Shown here in pieces: positions 59,188-61,654 of a stretch of 61,654 nucleotides of DNA. The stretch lies in NCBI GenBank assembly GCA_021776315.1, contig JAJFGD010000067.1, forward strand, positions 1 through 61,654. Reading direction: 5' to 3'. Below the pieces are notes generated by a model that did not search any database, was not told where the DNA came from, and was given only the letters and a program-made list of their open reading frames with translations. The stretch comes from Hyphococcus sp. GTDB taxonomy: Bacteria > Pseudomonadota > Alphaproteobacteria > Caulobacterales > Parvularculaceae. Made by a program: the position numbers and the translations under genes. Numbering within the stretch: the stretch's first letter is position 1; each line of letters starts with the position of its first letter.

Positions 59188-60552
59188 TCATAGCCGTTCT
59201 TTTAGCGCCGTAATCACCCGGCGATAGCGCGCAGTAATCGCGTCGTGTTTAACATGACGTCCGCCCTGCACCATATGACGGCCTGCCGACCAGCAATCGG
59301 TAACAAGATGGTCATCGCCAGAAAAAATATAACTATCCAAAATCATATCGCCATCTTTGTCGAAGAGCGCGGTCGCATCCTTGTCTAAAGCAAAAAAATC
59401 CGCATATCGCCCCACTTCTATTGCACCGCTATCACGCCCCACCGCTTGCGCACCGCCGCGCGCGGCCCCTTCTAACAAATTACGCCCTGTGGACGCAGCC
59501 GGTGTTGCAAGAACAGCCCGTGCCTGGTCACGCAAACGCTGGCTATATTCAAAAATGCGCAACTCCTCACTCAGCGAAATTCGGATATTTGAATCAGATC
59601 CAACGCCAAAACGCCCATGGTTTTCGATAAATCGCTTTCCATCAAAAATACCGTCACCGAGATTGCATTCTGTAATCGGACAAATACCCGCAACCGCTTC
59701 TGATTTTGCCAGCGACACAGTTTCGTGGGCTTTCATCTGGGTTGCGTGGACGAGACACCAACGCTGATCCACGTCGTGATTTTCATATAACCACTCAACG
59801 GGGCGTCGTCCGTACACCGCTTCGACCTCTTCCACTTCTGCTCGCTGTTCAGCGATGTGAATATGGATAGGGCCTTTTCGTATGGCCGACACAGTCCTTG
59901 CCAGCCCCTCGCGGCTAGCCGCGCGTAGTGAATGGGCAGCAAAGCCCAACCGTGCGTCATCCGATACATTGGCGATTGATTTCGCCGCGCCTTCATGAAG
60001 TTTCAAAAAACTTTCTGCGTCATTGGCAAATCGCAATTGGCCACCTTCCAAAGGCCGACCGTCACAACCACCTTGCTCATAAAGTACCGGCAACAATGTT
60101 AAGCCAATGCCCGATTCTCGCGCCGCCGCCATGATCCTATTCGAGAGTTCAGCAATATCACCATAGGCAACACCGCCTGATTGGTGATGTACATAGTGAA
60201 ACTCAGCAACAGACGAAAACCCCGCTTCCAGCATTTCCATTTGCGCGAATGCAGCGATGGCTTCAAGGTCATCCGGCTGCAGATGCGTCAAAAATTGATA
60301 CATTAGTGTTCGCCAAGTCCAAAAGCTGTCATTGGCATTGGGTCCGCGGCGTTCAGTCATTCCAGCCATGGCGCGTTGAAACGCATGACTGTGCAAGTTT
60401 GCTGGTGCCGGCAGTAAAATACCTGCCTTATCGCCTACAGCATCAGTATCGATGCTAATCGAATGAATGCGCCCATCGTCACCGACGTCGATGCGCACAT
60501 TATTTTGCCACCCATCGCCAGTCAGTGCTTTTTCGGCCCAGATTGTTTTCAT
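59188..60552 (-). CDS. hutF: Formimidoylglutamate deiminase
   Basis: NLHSHAFQRAMAG, SFWTWR, AEFHYVHH, HIHIAEQ, TECNLGDG and GSDSN motifs. Confidence 0.95.
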   Translation of the reverse strand: MKTIWAEKALTGDGWQNNVRIDVGDDGRIHSISIDTDAVGDKAGILLPAPANLHSHAFQRAMAGMTERRGPNANDSFWTWRTLMYQFLTHLQPDDLEAIAAFAQMEMLEAGFSSVAEFHYVHHQSGGVAYGDIAELSNRIMAAARESGIGLTLLPVLYEQGGCDGRPLEGGQLRFANDAESFLKLHEGAAKSIANVSDDARLGFAAHSLRAASREGLARTVSAIRKGPIHIHIAEQRAEVEEVEAVYGRRPVEWLYENHDVDQRWCLVHATQMKAHETVSLAKSEAVAGICPITECNLGDGIFDGKRFIENHGRFGVGSDSNIRISLSEELRIFEYSQRLRDQARAVLATPAASTGRNLLEGAARGGAQAVGRDSGAIEVGRYADFFALDKDATALFDKDGDMILDSYIFSGDDHLVTDCWSAGRHMVQGGRHVKHDAITARYRRVITALKERL

Positions 60553-60626
60553 CAGATCATTCTCTTCGGACAACTTATGCTATAGGGACGCAACCTTCTT
60601 CAATAGCACTATAACAAGCATCTGAC

Positions 60627-61424
60627 ATGAAACCAGTTGACGTTAGCCAAGGCACCTCGCCCATTATTCTTGCTGTACCTCATGCGGGCATTCATGTCCC
60701 TGATGATATCAACCGGCAATTCAATGTGACCGGTCGCGCCCTTGCGGACACCGACTGGTATGTGGATCAGCTCTATGATGGCCTTTTGACTGACGCGACA
60801 ATGGTCCGCGCAACTTTCCACCGTTATGTTATAGATGCTAATCGTGATCCATCGGGACAAAGCCTCTACCCTGGCCAGAACACAACTGGGTTATGTCCTG
60901 TCATCGACTTTTTTGGTACGCCGATTTACGAAGATGGCTCAGAACCTGATGCCGGCGAAATTGAGCGCCGACGATTAGCCTTCCACGCGCCTTATCATGC
61001 AGCCTTAACCGCAGAAATTGAACGAGTGCGCGACCAATGTGGGGTCGCCATTCTCTATGATTGCCATTCGATCCGTTCGCAAATTCCATTTTTGTTTGAC
61101 GGTCAGCTGCCAGATTTTAACATCGGAACGAATGGTGGTGCGACTTGTGCGCCGCAGATTGAAAAATGCGTTTTCGAAACTTGTCAAAATGCTAAGGGTT
61201 ATACGAGCATTTTAAATGGCCGCTTTAAAGGCGGGTGGACGACGCGTCACTATGGCAATCCAGAACGCAATATACATGCAATCCAAATGGAGCTGGCACA
61301 ATCAACCTATATGCATGAAGCAGCGCCATGGACATATGATGATCGGCGGGCTCAAAAGTTGCGAGAGCATTTGGAGAAAATACTAGTTGGAGTTAAAGGC
61401 GCTGCATCGTCGCTGTCCATTTGA
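60627..61424 (+). CDS. hutG: N-formylglutamate deformylase
   Basis: AVPHAG, DTDWYVD, RYVIDANR, DCHSIRS, NGRFKGGWTTRHYG and HAIQMELAQ motifs. Confidence 0.95.
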   Translation: MKPVDVSQGTSPIILAVPHAGIHVPDDINRQFNVTGRALADTDWYVDQLYDGLLTDATMVRATFHRYVIDANRDPSGQSLYPGQNTTGLCPVIDFFGTPIYEDGSEPDAGEIERRRLAFHAPYHAALTAEIERVRDQCGVAILYDCHSIRSQIPFLFDGQLPDFNIGTNGGATCAPQIEKCVFETCQNAKGYTSILNGRFKGGWTTRHYGNPERNIHAIQMELAQSTYMHEAAPWTYDDRRAQKLREHLEKILVGVKGAASSLSI

Positions 61425-61434
61425 CCAGATCAGC

Positions 61435-61653
61435 CTAACCAGCACCAATAAACGGTAATCCACGTTTATATCCATTATCATCCATACCGTAACCAACGAG
61501 AAAATCGTCAGCACCCGCCTCAAACCCAATATAATCTGGGTTAAGATCTTCTGCGTGGCCTGTTAGTTTTATGATCAAGGCGCATGTTCGAACGCTTGCC
61601 GCACCGCGATCGGCAATCATGCCTTTGCCAAAATGCAATGATCGGCCTGTATC
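61435..61653 (-). CDS. hpt: Hypoxanthine phosphoribosyltransferase, 5'-truncated by the window edge
   Basis: The frame is open to the edge: DTGRSL...PDYIGF...FLVGYGMD...RGLPFIG. Confidence 0.8.
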   Translation of the reverse strand, partial: DTGRSLHFGKGMIADRGAASVRTCALIIKLTGHAEDLNPDYIGFEAGADDFLVGYGMDDNGYKRGLPFIGAG

Positions 61654-61654
61654 C

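Overview
This is a 61.6-kb window of mostly core chromosome from an alphaproteobacterium. Gene content and order suggest a free-living aerobic Parvularculales/Hyphomonadales-like lineage, but that placement is inference. Core loci are DUF1674/htpX, polA, phaZ, senC-regB-regA, an M16 peptidase, the aa3 cytochrome c oxidase cluster (ctaC-ctaD-ctaB-coxF-ctaG-ctaE-DUF983-surf1), tldD, gluQ, SPFH/NfeD, etfBA-hbd, tlpA/argH-lptM-lysA-TIGR02302, a Tat-exported sulfite-oxidase-family enzyme with a cytochrome c, hutF/hutG and a partial hpt. Accessory genes include an AHL-lactonase-like MBL with a divergent Lrp regulator and a six-gene lipid-carrier glycosylation/methylation cluster. I recognised no rRNA, tRNA, CRISPR array, transposase or integrase. 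The most notable observations are: (1) cytochrome c oxidase subunit II carries a ~108-aa insert resembling phage tail-fibre adaptor beta-sandwich domains; (2) an apparent four-gene unit couples a non-flagellar MotA/MotB-like pair to a Cys-rich secreted protein and an M23 peptidase lipoprotein; (3) a 598-aa secreted, putative papain/NlpC-P60-like Cys hydrolase sits directly behind a perfect CtrA box; (4) two paralogous unknown membrane proteins lie inside the cox cluster behind PhaR-like and CtrA-like sites; (5) a ~300-nt minus-strand structured RNA candidate has boxA-like and anti-SD motifs. All family assignments come from motif recognition by eye; no searches were run.
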